A stretch of 64,000 nucleotides of DNA from Nitrosopumilus sp. (GTDB lineage Archaea > Thermoproteota > Nitrososphaeria > Nitrososphaerales > Nitrosopumilaceae), in assembly GCA_965207445.1 (NCBI GenBank), contig CBDBLX010000002.1, forward strand, positions 1,655,849 to 1,719,848. Reading direction: 5' to 3'. Below the pieces are notes generated by a model. The model was not told the origin of the DNA, searched no databases, and saw nothing but the letters and a program-made list of their open reading frames with translations. The translations under genes were made by a program, and so were the position numbers. Positions 1-10,782 of the stretch are shown here, one piece after another (positions within the stretch are counted from its first letter, which is position 1; each line of letters begins with the position of its first letter).

Positions 1-351
1 TCTATGTATTGTAGATGGGTTTACAATGATATCATCCATTGCAAGATACACACATACTTTTTCTGGAGACATTTTAGTTACCATTATGGTGGACAGCGCC
101 CCTGCTATTACGAATGCATCAAAATGCCACACCTCCTTGAACCTTTCCATGCTAGAGAATGTAGGGCCACATTTTTTGCACATGTATCTACAATCAGTGT
201 AAATCTAGAATATAGAGAGAATGTTGTGACTTTTGATATAGTGTCACAGAAGCGTCTTTTGTCATTTAAGGAATCAGGATCCATCTTGAAAATCATAGTG
301 TGTTGTGAGATGGTAGACTCGTTGTAAACGTGTGGTAGTTTTTCACGAGAT

Positions 352-390
352 GTCGGGCCGCTAGGCCCGACTGTATGTGGGGAGGAGTCA
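352..390 (+). mobile_element. Possible IS200/IS605-family right-end remnant
   Basis: Perfect hairpin GTCGGGCC-gcta-GGCCCGAC (352-371) followed by GGGGAGGAGTCA, resembling the GGGGAGGAxGTCA ends of IS605-type elements. No tnpB is visible. Confidence 0.3.
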
Positions 391-449
391 TTAGGTCTTT
401 GTGTGAATTGAGAGAAGTATCATCAAATAACTCTTGTGGTCAGAAATGT

Positions 450-506
450 AATTTATGAAGAAAAATGCGGTGCCCGAGTGTATTGACGATTTACTCTTCT
501 GATGGG
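450..506 (+). ncRNA. Candidate C/D-box sRNA
   Basis: Intergenic. C-like ATGAAGA (455-461), 12-nt guide, D' CCGA (474-477), C' TTGACGA (483-489), 9-nt guide, D CTGA (499-502). Spacing is typical of archaeal sRNAs. Confidence 0.45.
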
Positions 507-561
507 TACCGTAATTATATTAAGAGACAAATCTAATAAAAACATTGTCGGGATCGCCTAG

Positions 562-926
562 GTAACCGTTCAACCCCCAAACCCAGAGAGCAACAGATAC
601 GGCTTTGACTTGATTATCTGCCCACGCACTACGTGTACTGGTACTCTGGATCAGATCGCAAGGTCAATGCGTGATGGTATAAGGAGATATCGCCACTCAT
701 TATTAGCTTGAAAAATAATGAGTGTGAATATCAATTATAATTCATCACGTGGATTGAATTTAACCAATACTGATACGGGAGTGTCTTGAGATGACTGTTG
801 CAGTATCTGAGACGGTAGTGTTGTGCAGGGAACTGCACAAAATGGCTACGCAGATAGATAGGTGGTAGAGTGTTGAACGGTTACGGTGAATTTATGCCTA
901 AATTTGGAAAGAGGTTGAACGGTTAC
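562..926 (+). mobile_element. Internally deleted IS66-like element (TIR GTAACCGTTCAAC) plus half of an 81-bp MITE
   Basis: TIR at 562 and inverted TIRs ending at 884 and 926. 562-~860 is an inverted, diverged copy of ~9960-10257. Confidence 0.75.
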
Positions 927-985
927 AATTCAAATACATATTATATTATTAAAAAAAATAACATCATACATACATCTACACATTA

Positions 986-2056
986 TCAATTGTCAGTTAT
1001 TATAATCTTCATTGCATCATCAGCAGATCTAGCATGCTCAAATGCTCTTTGAGAATCATTCAACTCGTACGAGTGCGTTATCAATTCATCAACTTTGATC
1101 TGTTTTGATGCTATCAAGTCCAATGCATATGCAGTATCCTTATCAGATGCAGCATAACTTGTCAACATTGTAATTTCACGAGAATAAATATCAGCCATAT
1201 TAGCATCAAGTATTGCACCCTTTGATGGTACACCAAACATCATTACAGTGCCACCTCGTCGAGTTGCCAATATTGCATCTTTTAGTGCTACAAGACTACT
1301 TGTAGCAACAATTGAGATATCGACTCCAAGCCCACCAGTGTTCTGATGTATAATATCTTGTAAATTTGGATCATTTGATTTGATTGTGATAGTGGCGCCA
1401 ATTTTAGCTGCAAAATTTAATCTATAGTCATTTAAATCAGTACATATTATATTTGATGAGGCGCGCATCTTTGATAACATTACATGCAATATTCCAGTAG
1501 GGCCTACTCCAAATATGGCAACAGAGTCACCAGCCCTATGATCAATTTTATTCCAAGCACGCACACAACATGCAAGTGGTTCGATCATAGCTGCCTGCTC
1601 AAACGTTACACTATCAGGTAACTTTAACACACCTCCATGAGACACATTCCATGCAGGCACCACAAACTGCTCTGAAAGACCACATGGTGATAGATTTGTT
1701 TCATAGTATTTTGGACACATCGTCTCACACCCATGCTCACACAAATGACACGAATAACACGGTACATGATGATGTGCAAACACCCTGTCACCAGGTGAAA
1801 AAGATACATTATTATCTTCAACAGTATCAGATGACGCGCAAGTCATGTCACCTACTGCCAGCACCACACCGGCAGGCTCATGTCCAAGTTTCATAGATGG
1901 TTGCCCATATTGCCCAAACACTTTTTCAAGATCAGAGCCACATATGCCACAAGCCTTCATATCAACTAGTATCTCACCAGGTCCAGGTGACATACTAGAT
2001 GAGATATCGTCACGAACCTCAATCTTTGAGGGACCTGCAACATGTGCCGTCTTCAT
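986..2056 (-). CDS. Zn-dependent alcohol/threonine dehydrogenase (MDR family)
   Basis: CGICGSD, GHE, CxxCxxC structural Zn site, GxGxxG (GVGPTG). Confidence 0.92.
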   Translation of the reverse strand: MKTAHVAGPSKIEVRDDISSSMSPGPGEILVDMKACGICGSDLEKVFGQYGQPSMKLGHEPAGVVLAVGDMTCASSDTVEDNNVSFSPGDRVFAHHHVPCYSCHLCEHGCETMCPKYYETNLSPCGLSEQFVVPAWNVSHGGVLKLPDSVTFEQAAMIEPLACCVRAWNKIDHRAGDSVAIFGVGPTGILHVMLSKMRASSNIICTDLNDYRLNFAAKIGATITIKSNDPNLQDIIHQNTGGLGVDISIVATSSLVALKDAILATRRGGTVMMFGVPSKGAILDANMADIYSREITMLTSYAASDKDTAYALDLIASKQIKVDELITHSYELNDSQRAFEHARSADDAMKIIITDN

Positions 2057-2092
2057 TACACAGGGTGTTAATAATACCCATAAATAATATAC

Positions 2093-2386
2093 TCAAACAC
2101 CGAGTATCTTTTTGAGCATGGCTCTATAGTCGATCTCTGTCTTTTCACTACCAACAGCAGGGAGTGCAAATACCAAGGTAGATTTTTCTGCTCGCAGTTG
2201 TGTGAGTTCATCACCTATCTCTTTTGTTATATCATCACTTATCAAGACAAGTCCAACATCAGAGTCATCAGTAAGTTTTCGTATCTCATCGAGTGCCTCA
2301 CGTGGCTCTTCGGATACTATTCCTTGTACTCCTGCAAGTTGGAAGCTTGTGACAAATGATTTACTACCGACTGTGATTACTTTCAT
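2093..2386 (-). CDS. atpF: A/V-type ATP synthase subunit F
   Basis: MKVITVGSKSFVTSFQLAGV...KKILGV, typical of subunit F. Start placed at ATG 2386. Confidence 0.9.
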   Translation of the reverse strand: MKVITVGSKSFVTSFQLAGVQGIVSEEPREALDEIRKLTDDSDVGLVLISDDITKEIGDELTQLRAEKSTLVFALPAVGSEKTEIDYRAMLKKILGV

Positions 2387-2465
2387 AATAAAAATACAAA
2401 CACATATCAATTTAACTTTATTGAAAAATCAAAAGGTTATTTACTAGACACAAATACGACAAAAC

Positions 2466-2762
2466 ATGACAGAATATGACAAGTCAAAAGATGTGTATCT
2501 CTTTTTGCATGGAAGAATGGACTTGAAAGAAAAATCCATAGAATCACTTGTATCAGTAGGATTTTCAAAAGATAAAATCACAATGGCAAGACCCGATGCA
2601 GTGGGTAAGATAGGCGATTATATGGCAATGTTGTGGATGCCACCAAACCCGGATCATATTAAAATTCAACAGATAACAGAGATTGAAGCAGTAGAACCAA
2701 AAGGTATGATAGGATTGTGGAAAGGGGTCTCAAACGATCTTATAGATACAGTCTCATTGTAA
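2466..2762 (+). CDS. Hypothetical protein
   Basis: 98-aa ORF divergent from atpF with host-like codon usage. Confidence 0.75.
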   Translation: MTEYDKSKDVYLFLHGRMDLKEKSIESLVSVGFSKDKITMARPDAVGKIGDYMAMLWMPPNPDHIKIQQITEIEAVEPKGMIGLWKGVSNDLIDTVSL

Positions 2763-2921
2763 TAGAAAGTAATACAATTGCATATTTAAAATATCAGAGG
2801 GTAAATTAATCCAAATTGTAAGTGTTGCTTGGATAGTTTCATGTAAACATGTGTACATATATGTAAAGAGTTTATTGATCTTTAATCAAAAAAATAGTAA
2901 TAATAATTTACTTTACAACAC

Positions 2922-3257
2922 CTAGCTAAAACCAGCGCCAAATTTTGATCCTCTATCAAGTATGTTATCATGATCTTTGTTATGGTTTTTATGATCACTG
3001 TTTTTCATCTTTCTGTAAAGCAATGCTTCATACACAATATTTTGAGTCTTTGTTAAATAATCAGCATCTGATTTAGATATCCCACATGCTACAAGGTTTA
3101 CTTGTTTTGCATATGATTTGATCTTTTCAGGATCTTGTTCATCAGTAGATATATCATCATGTAACATTAAATTTGCAATTCGTTCAACTTCACGATTAAG
3201 CGACATGTCACTTGACGGATAATGAGCATCATTGTGTGAGTGTGATTCGGATTCCAT
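2922..3257 (-). CDS. Hypothetical protein
   Basis: 111-aa ORF ending KFGAGFS, co-oriented with neighbours. Confidence 0.7.
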   Translation of the reverse strand: MESESHSHNDAHYPSSDMSLNREVERIANLMLHDDISTDEQDPEKIKSYAKQVNLVACGISKSDADYLTKTQNIVYEALLYRKMKNSDHKNHNKDHDNILDRGSKFGAGFS

Positions 3258-3346
3258 TATATCAAATAAAGAACATAGTCCCTATTAACGTATTTTCAAA
3301 TCAAAATATCAAGGAAAATTACACATACAATTTCAAAGCCAGACAA

Positions 3347-3661
3347 TCACACATCAGATACAAGCCCATACATAAAACCATAAAACTCTTCATCAGCAAA
3401 CTCAATTATATCGATCAAATTGTAATCGTGTGCAAATTGAGCCGATTTTAAATGATAACAGGTAGGGTTTTTTCCACTAGTCATCTCAAAATAAAATGCA
3501 CGACACGAACAAAAATTCAAACTTGTATCAATCCAGTGCTCACCACCGTGTCCCACAACAGTCATGACAACTCTCCCACTTGGTAAAAATTTATGCAGTT
3601 TAACTTTTTTCTCAAGTGCAGTTGACTTTGCTTTGTATGGTATGGTGTCACCGTTATTCAT
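3347..3661 (-). CDS. Small SWIM-type zinc-finger protein
   Basis: FCSCRAF...CYH motif (CxC-xn-CxH). Confidence 0.75.
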   Translation of the reverse strand: MNNGDTIPYKAKSTALEKKVKLHKFLPSGRVVMTVVGHGGEHWIDTSLNFCSCRAFYFEMTSGKNPTCYHLKSAQFAHDYNLIDIIEFADEEFYGFMYGLVSDV

Positions 3662-3720
3662 AAAATATAATTATGTGTAACATGTATAAAATTATTTCAT
3701 AGGTATAATCTAAAATTGTA

Positions 3721-3862
3721 TAAACCAAGCTCATTGAACACAATAATAAAATTACATATTTATATTTATACATATTTCTATCTGTATATTGAATATTGTA
3801 TATGCAATGTATTTGACTAGAAGTAATTTTTAAATGATTATATTAATCATGAAGTGTGGCAC
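3721..3862. mobile_element. Degenerate ~140-bp MITE (family C, TIR TGAACCAAGCT)
   Basis: AAACCAAGCTCATTGAACACAATAATAAAATTACATAT resembles the copies at 50091, 53552 and 62669. Confidence 0.5.
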
Positions 3863-3990
3863 ACACGAAAAACCATTATGAAAGAATTTGAATGTTTGAG
3901 AGTGAATTTATTGAATAATCATATTAAGATCAAAAATTGTATCAAAAATGACATTAAAAAATGCATCATATATTACTTATAAAATGATCA

Positions 3991-6900
3991 TTAAGTGTTG
4001 TCATGTACGATATTATCATCATCATCATCATCATCACCATCACCATCACCATCATTGTTATGCACATATGATTGCAAAGGCTTTCTTGTAGTCTTATTTG
4101 TACAAAGCCACTCCAATGTCTTTACAAAAGAGTCGGCAAGCTCAACTGTAGTCAATACAGGTACACCCAACTCTAAGGCTTTGCGACGTATCTGATACTC
4201 ATCATCAAGCATACCTACATATTTTTCCAGAGTCGATGTGCTAGGTATATTCAAGATAAAGTCAATCTTTCGCTCGTATAGTAGATCTGCAATATTTGGC
4301 TTGCGGTCAGGCTCTGATATCTTGTGAACTGTTTGAACAGAGCCAATGTGCTCTGATATGAACTCTGCAGTATGTTCTGTTGCCATAATCTGAAACCCCA
4401 AATCTTTTAGTTTTGCAACAGCAGGAATTAACATCTCCTTGTTGCGTGCACCACCTACAGTGACAAGCGCAGCACCAGACTCTGGCATCATATATCCTAC
4501 TGATGCCAACCCCTTTGAGAGTGCATCATAAAAGCTGTTTCCAAAACAGGCAGCCTCGCCAGTGGATTGCATCTCTACACCTAGTGCAATATCTGCCCCA
4601 TCAAGCTGCATAAATGAAAATTGAGGTACCTTTATTCCATATGTATCAGTGCTACGCCATCTAGTCTCAGGTATACGCAAAAGTGGCTTGCCGAGTATCG
4701 CTCGTGCTGCAAGTGATATTAAATTTGTTCTTACAAACTTTGATACAAATGGCATTGAGCGAGACGCACGTATATTCAGCTCGATCACATACACCTGCCC
4801 ATCATTGACTAAAAACTGCAAGTTAAATGGACCACGTATATCAAATGTAAGTGCTATCTTTTTTGTATATTCAGTTATAGTATCAATCGTATTGTTGTTT
4901 AGTCTCCAAGGAGGTATACACATCATCGCATCACCAGAATGCACACCTGCGCTATCAATATGCTCAACTATAGCCCCAATCACAACACTAGTGCCATCTG
5001 CAACACCATCAACGTCCACCTCTAGTGAATCAAGCATAAATTTTGATATCACAACAGGATGGTCAGGTGAGACATCCGCTGCTTCCTTTACATATGTGCT
5101 CAACTCATTTTTTGACCAGACCACCTTCATTGCAGCACCTGATAACACGTAAGAGGGCCTCACAATAACTGGATAACCTACTGTATCTGCAAATTCACGT
5201 GCATCTTCAATGCTTGTGAACTCTTGCCATTGAGGCTGTCTAATCCGTAACTTGTCAAGCTCAGCACTGAACTTTGAGCGATTCTCTGCTCTATCTACAT
5301 TTTCAGCACTAGTTCCTAAAATAGATACACCACGACTAGCAGCATCAAGTGTCAAATTGTTTGCAGTCTGTCCCCCAACACACGTGATCACACCTTTTGG
5401 ACTCTCAAAATCAGATATGTCAAGTAAACGTTCCAGAGTAAGCTCCTCAAAGTACAGTCTAGTGCATATATCATAATCAGTTGAGACTGTCTCAGGATTA
5501 CAATTAACTACAACTACATTTTTTTCACCATGCTCTTGCAGGCCCCAGACCATGTTTACTGTCCCCCAATCAAACTCTACACTGCTCCCGATACGATACG
5601 GTCCTGCACCCACCACAACAATGCCCTTGTCAACATCAGACAAATGTACATCATTAGTGTCACCGCCATATGTCATGTACAAGTAATTGGTGACAGCAGG
5701 CCATTCTGCTGCCAACGTATCTATCTGCTTTACAACAGGTACAATACCCATCGATTTTCGAAGCAAACGTATTTGATCAGATGTGGTATTTTGTGCTCGT
5801 GCAATCTGAACATCAGAAAATCCCATCTTTTTTGCATCTCGCATCATGTTGCCAGATATGTTATTAGATGAGTGACTAGAGGAAGAGTTGTCATGCGATG
5901 TAGATTCAGCACGAGTACTCTGAGATGAAAGTTTGTCAGCAGTGTTTACAATGTTACGTATTTTTTCAATAAACCACGGATCAATTGCAGATAACTTGTA
6001 TATTCTATCAGTAGACAGTCCCATTTTAATTGCAATTGCAACATTGTACAGTATACGATCATTGTGATGAGACAAACGCTCCTCTATATCCTCTACATCA
6101 ATTGTATCGGTATGTGACATGTCACCAGTGTCATTACGATTCAACACAAGACCATCATCTCCAATACCCAACATGCGAATTGCCTTTTGCAATGACTCCT
6201 CAAACGTGCGTCCTACTGCCATTACCTCACCTACGGACTTCATTGTTGGGCCTAACCTGCGGTTTGCCATCTCAAATTTACCAAAGTCCCATCTAGGGTG
6301 CTTGCATACGACATAGTCAAGGGACGGCTCAAAGCAAGCAGTAGTACTTTTTGTAATTCTATTTAATAGTTCAGATAAATTATACCCAAGCCCTATCTTG
6401 GCAGACATGTATGCAAGTGGATAGCCAGTTGCTTTGCTTGCAAGCGCAGAGGAGCGAGAAAGTCTAGGATTTATCTCAATTGCAGCAAAACGGTCAGAGT
6501 CAGGTGCCAGAGTATACTGTATGTTGCACTCACCAACTATACCCACATGTCCTGTTGCGCGCAGGGCAGCTGAGCGTAACATGTGGTACTCTGCATTATC
6601 TATGGTTTGAGACGGTGCCACGACGATATTGTCACCAGTGTGCACCTTCATTGAGAGTACATTTTCCATATTGCATACGATCACACTATTCCCAGCATAA
6701 TCTTGCATCACTTCATATTCAATCTGCTTCCAATCTCCAACATACTCTTCGATCAAAACTTGTCCCACTAGACTTGCCTTGAGTCCACGCTCTACTATCT
6801 CGTGTAGTTCTATCTCATTGTACGCAACACCTCCGCCGCGTCCACCAAGTGTATACGCAACACGAATTATCACAGGATATCCTAGTTTTTCTGCTATTGA

Positions 6901-7389
6901 TTTGGCATCAGTAAAGTTTGTCACTGTTTTGCTATCCAATACAGGAACACCTGCTTCTTTCATTGAATCCTTGAAGAGTTGTCTATCCTCTGTTCGTTTG
7001 ATACCAGATATGGGTGTACCTAATACATGGATACCATATTTGTCAAGTATTCCTAATTCATCTAACTTTACACCACAGTTTAGTGCAGTTTGACCACCGT
7101 ATGCAAGCATTATGCCATCAGGTCTTTCAGATTCGATTATCGATGTCACATAGTCTGGTGTGACGGGCAACAGATACACACGGTTTGCAAAACGTGTATC
7201 AGTTTGAATTGTTGCAATATTCGGATTTATTAGTACACTTGCAAGTCCATCTTCATGTATTGCTTTGAGGCATTGGCTACCAGAGTAGTCGAATTGGCGG
7301 TCGTTTTAGCGACTTTCGCCGGCTTCTCCGATTTTAATTGCCCCGCTTCCAAGTACAAGTATCTTTTTGAGTGACTCTTTTCTTGGCAT
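3991..7389 (-). CDS. carB: Carbamoyl-phosphate synthase large subunit, two exons: complement(join(3991..7293,7315..7389)), ~1125 aa
   Basis: ATG 7389 gives MPRKESLKKILVLGSGAIKIGEAGE, then a 21-nt insert, then FDYSGSQ...NPNIATIQTD in frame with the 1062-aa ORF. Two ATP-grasp halves and an MGS domain. Confidence 0.95.
7294..7314 (-). other. Putative 21-nt bulge-helix-bulge/loop mRNA intron in carB
   Basis: GGCG-AA^A-GTCG-ctaaaa-CGAC-CGCC-AA^T. Contains an in-frame TAA; excision yields GGC GAA TTC GAC (G-E-F-D). Confidence 0.85.
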
Positions 7390-7394
7390 TTGTT

Positions 7395-8765
7395 TTAATC
7401 ACCTCCCCTTCCTTTTTCTTTTTCATCTTTGGCACACTTTGTGCCATCATGTGGCTCGCACACAACAGAAGTAGGATTTGACCCCATATTATTTGGATCA
7501 TTGTTATGGTTATGTTCATTGTGGTGTTCATTGTGGTGATCATTACAATGATCATTATCAACATTAGCACACTCAATCAAACGCTTCAAGTCCTCAAATA
7601 CAAATTTACAATCGTACGGTCCAGGGGCAGCCTCTGGATGAAATTGAACTGCAATACATCTACTTGACTTGTGACGTATTCCTTCTACTGTCTGATCGTC
7701 TGCATTTGAGAACCACAACTCAAACTCAGAGTCAGGTAACGAGTCAGGGTGTATTCCATAACCATGATTCTGACTCGTAACATATGTCTGACCAGTCTCA
7801 AGGTTAATGCACGGTTTGTTCTGTCCTCTGTGTCCATATTTTAGTTTGTATGTAGTAGCATTTCCAGCCAATCCAAGTATTTGGGCGCCAAGACATATTC
7901 CAAGTGTTGGAACATCATCTTTGATCAGTTGTTTAGCAGTCTGTATGGTTTGAGGACAGTTTTCAGGATCGCCAGGTCCACTGCTCAACACCACACCAAC
8001 AGGATTGTACGACATAATTTTCTCATACGGGGTATCCCACGGAACCAGTATTGCACCATATCCAAGTGAACGTATATTGCGCAGTATAGCATGCTTTGCA
8101 CCAGTGTCAATTATTACTACAAGTGGTGGTAATTTATGAGACATATCATCATCAAAAGAAGGCACAGTGCACCCATATGCACGAGGTTTTGATATTGAAA
8201 CAGAACTCATAAAATGCTCAGAAGTGTACAGAGGTGCGTTTGTAAGTTTGTGTTTTATCATATCAGTGCTCAAGGGATCGGATTCTTTTGGATCATCATA
8301 ATGGTCATCTACTGCAAGTGCTGCCATCATAACACCACCAGTTCTGAGTTTCTTTGTAAGTGCACGCGTATCAATTCCAGATATGCCTGGTACGCCTTCT
8401 TTATACAGCCACTCATCAAGTGTCATATGAGCATTCCAGTGACTGGCGACAAGTGACAGTTCATGAACTATGAGTCCACGCGCCTGAATTTTATCAGACT
8501 CAAAATATCGCGGTATGCCATCTGTATCAGATATTGCAGGATCTGGAACACCGTAATTTCCAACAAGAGGATATGTCAGAGTCAACAACTGTCCATTGTA
8601 GGATGGATCGGTGAGTGCTTCGGTGTATCCGACCATACCAGTATTGAATACAACCTCACCAAATACAGTGGTGCTACTACCAAATCCTTCACCTTCAAAG
8701 ACAGTACCATCATCTAGGACTAGTTTTCCACGTTTTTGTGCATAGCACGAGTTTTTGATAGTAAT
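7395..8765 (-). CDS. carA: Carbamoyl-phosphate synthase small subunit (start uncertain)
   Basis: KLVLDDGTVFEG..GEVVFNTGMVGY..LTDPSY, GICLG, SQNHGY, QFHPE. The conserved N-terminus lies upstream of ATG 8636 with no in-frame ATG/GTG/TTG; 8765 is an in-frame ATT. Confidence 0.93.
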   Translation of the reverse strand: MTIKNSCYAQKRGKLVLDDGTVFEGEGFGSSTTVFGEVVFNTGMVGYTEALTDPSYNGQLLTLTYPLVGNYGVPDPAISDTDGIPRYFESDKIQARGLIVHELSLVASHWNAHMTLDEWLYKEGVPGISGIDTRALTKKLRTGGVMMAALAVDDHYDDPKESDPLSTDMIKHKLTNAPLYTSEHFMSSVSISKPRAYGCTVPSFDDDMSHKLPPLVVIIDTGAKHAILRNIRSLGYGAILVPWDTPYEKIMSYNPVGVVLSSGPGDPENCPQTIQTAKQLIKDDVPTLGICLGAQILGLAGNATTYKLKYGHRGQNKPCINLETGQTYVTSQNHGYGIHPDSLPDSEFELWFSNADDQTVEGIRHKSSRCIAVQFHPEAAPGPYDCKFVFEDLKRLIECANVDNDHCNDHHNEHHNEHNHNNDPNNMGSNPTSVVCEPHDGTKCAKDEKEKGRGGD

Positions 8766-8818
8766 TTTAACCCTCGTAGAGTCGGATATGGTTTGAATTT
8801 AAATTTTATGATGCATGT

Positions 8819-8854
8819 GAGGTTGGTGCGTAATTGACATTAGACCTGCCTGTG
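8819..8854. mobile_element. Solo end of the IS5-like element, truncated by a MITE
   Basis: GAGGTTGGTGCGTAATTGACATTAGACCTGC matches the end starting at 12263 and, inverted, the end at 55511. Confidence 0.8.
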
Positions 8855-8935
8855 GTAACCGTTCAACCCCTTTCCAAATTTAGGCACAAATTCACCGCCT
8901 AATGTCTGGCTCAGGTACGGGGGTTGAACGGTTAC
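8855..8935. mobile_element. 81-bp MITE (family A, IS66-like TIR GTAACCGTTCAACCCC)
   Basis: 16-bp terminal inverted repeats; conserved core CAAATTTAGGCACAAATTCACCGCC; six full copies in the window. Confidence 0.9.
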
Positions 8936-9035
8936 CTCCAAAGGCATTTATCACATGATGTCGTATACTAGTTGATGCGAAACGAGTCGCATCGCTAAGG
9001 GCGCAATGGTGGCGGGTATGCGATCTTGCGTCCAT

Positions 9036-9391
9036 TTACAATTTGGGAAATACTGTCATTTCATATCCGGCAATCACTCCATCGTGACGTTTCTGCGCCT
9101 TCTGAAGTATGATATTGTAATAGTCCTCAAAACAGGGGGTTTTGTTCATGTACCACGTCGTGCCGTAGGCTATTGCATCTGCAACCTGCAGCCGTCGCTT
9201 TCGGTTGACGACAAAAAGAGTGACGGTTCCACCAGATTCCGGATGAAAGTCCAATAACTCCCGACCTTTCTAAGATTGTTTATAACAGTTAGAATTCTAT
9301 CATCTTTGGCATTCAGGGTATTTGGTTTGTTTGAGGTTCTGTCAATCCTGATCAGCCCCTTGCTGTTGTTTTTCTGTAGGTACTTGTCCAT
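9036..9391 (-). pseudogene. Frameshifted DUF3800-like gene fragment
   Basis: Two overlapping frames. LQVADAIAY and terminal GYEMTVFPK resemble DUF3800 C-terminal motifs. Confidence 0.5.
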
Positions 9392-9571
9392 CTGCGTATT
9401 GTAATCAACTGAGCGTTATTATTGCCACTTGTTTATATATGACTATATAATGTCGAGATCATTATGATCAGAAAAATGCACATGATCTTTTATCTTATAT
9501 GTGCGCTTCAAAAAGAAAAATAGTTACGATTGATCTGTGTACAGTCTTACCCTTCTTGCCCTTACCTGCGT

Positions 9572-10257
9572 CTACCCATTCCTCATATCAGTAGTTTTCT
9601 GCATTCTTTTTGCGGTATTTGACAATCTTTGACTGAGTATCGCTGCCATGGACGGAGGAGTGTTTGAGTTGCTTGTGCGCTTGTCTTGCTTTTTTTCATC
9701 ATCGCGTTCTTTTTCGGCCTTTTCTACTCTCTTCTCATCGTGAGTGGACGCTTCTAGTTCAGTTTCGTCAAACTCTATGTTGTTTTCAGACAGTAGACTT
9801 GCCAAAGTATTTGTCTGCCTGTTCTGCCCATCTAACCGTTCGTGTATCTAATCTCTCTGCCGGATGGCCGATTCTACCCTCACTTTTTTACTCAATACAT
9901 CCATCTTTATACTGCCCATTGTGCCTCTCAGGCACTCTACCACACATCCACAAGACTATCTATCCGCGTGGACATTTCGTGCAGTTCCCTGCGCAGCACT
10001 ACCGACTTAGATACTGCAACAGTCATCTCAAGATACCCTTGTACCCGTATTGGTTAAATTCAATCCACATGATGAATTGTTATTGATATTTGTACTCGTT
10101 ATTTTTCAAGCTAATAATGAGTGACGATATCTGCTTGTCACCTCACGCATTGACTTGCGATCTGATCTAGAGTGACAGTACACGTAATGCGTGAGCAGAT
10201 AATAAAGTCAAAGCCACATCGGTTGTTACTCTGGGATTGAGGGGATTGAACGGTTAC
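9572..10257 (-). mobile_element. 5' remnant of an IS66-like element with decayed transposase N-terminus
   Basis: TIR ending at 10257; coiled-coil followed by NSNTPPS (IS66 NSSxPPS motif); several stops. Confidence 0.7.
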
Positions 10258-10305
10258 ATACCCGTCATTCACAACGTATAACATCTACTATACTCACCGT
10301 CACAC

Positions 10306-10782
10306 ATGACAGATCCGCGCCTGGCAAAATTCATCCAATTCTTAGAGGACGAGAACTTGGTAAAATTTGACATAGATGGAGAAGGAGAGCGCCAGTTTGA
10401 GAACCGGTTCCTGATTCAAAAGTACGTGTTTCTGGCCAAGAAATTCGGGCTTGATCTGCCGTATGACTATGACATTTACACGTGTGGGCCCTACTCTAGT
10501 GCCCTTACCAATACATACTACAGCATGGCAAGAAATGGGAACGTGTACCTGCTGGCCGACAACTCGTCCCTGGGAGCGTCGTTTGATGTGGAGGGGTTTC
10601 TCAAGGCAGTACGCGACAAGGACAAGCGCTGGCTAAGGGCTGCCACCACCCTGATCGACTGCAGGAATCTTTACCAAAATCGCGAGGATCTGGTCGAGAT
10701 TGCCAAGCACATAGAAGACGACGAGGAGGACATGTACGTCTCAAAAACACTGTCAGATCTGGACGCGTTACGTATTTTGTAG
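10306..10782 (+). CDS. YwgA/SocA-like winged-helix putative antitoxin
   Basis: RFLIQKYVFL...YDYDIYTCGPYSSAL resembles the LQKxxY...GPYS signature. Higher GC than the host. Confidence 0.6.
   Translation: MTDPRLAKFIQFLEDENLVKFDIDGEGERQFENRFLIQKYVFLAKKFGLDLPYDYDIYTCGPYSSALTNTYYSMARNGNVYLLADNSSLGASFDVEGFLKAVRDKDKRWLRAATTLIDCRNLYQNREDLVEIAKHIEDDEEDMYVSKTLSDLDALRIL

Noticed and set aside
4..327. ORFs 4-327 (+) and 108-296 (-) as genes
   Set aside because: No recognisable motifs; possibly decayed transposase sequence but unsupported.
547..561. GTCGGGATCGCCTAG as a tRNA 5' end
   Set aside because: No anticodon arm, T-arm or 3' half follows.
3991..7179. carB starting at GTG 7179, or carB as a pseudogene
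   Set aside because: The conserved N-terminus continues to ATG 7389, the gene is otherwise intact, and the insert has precise splice geometry.
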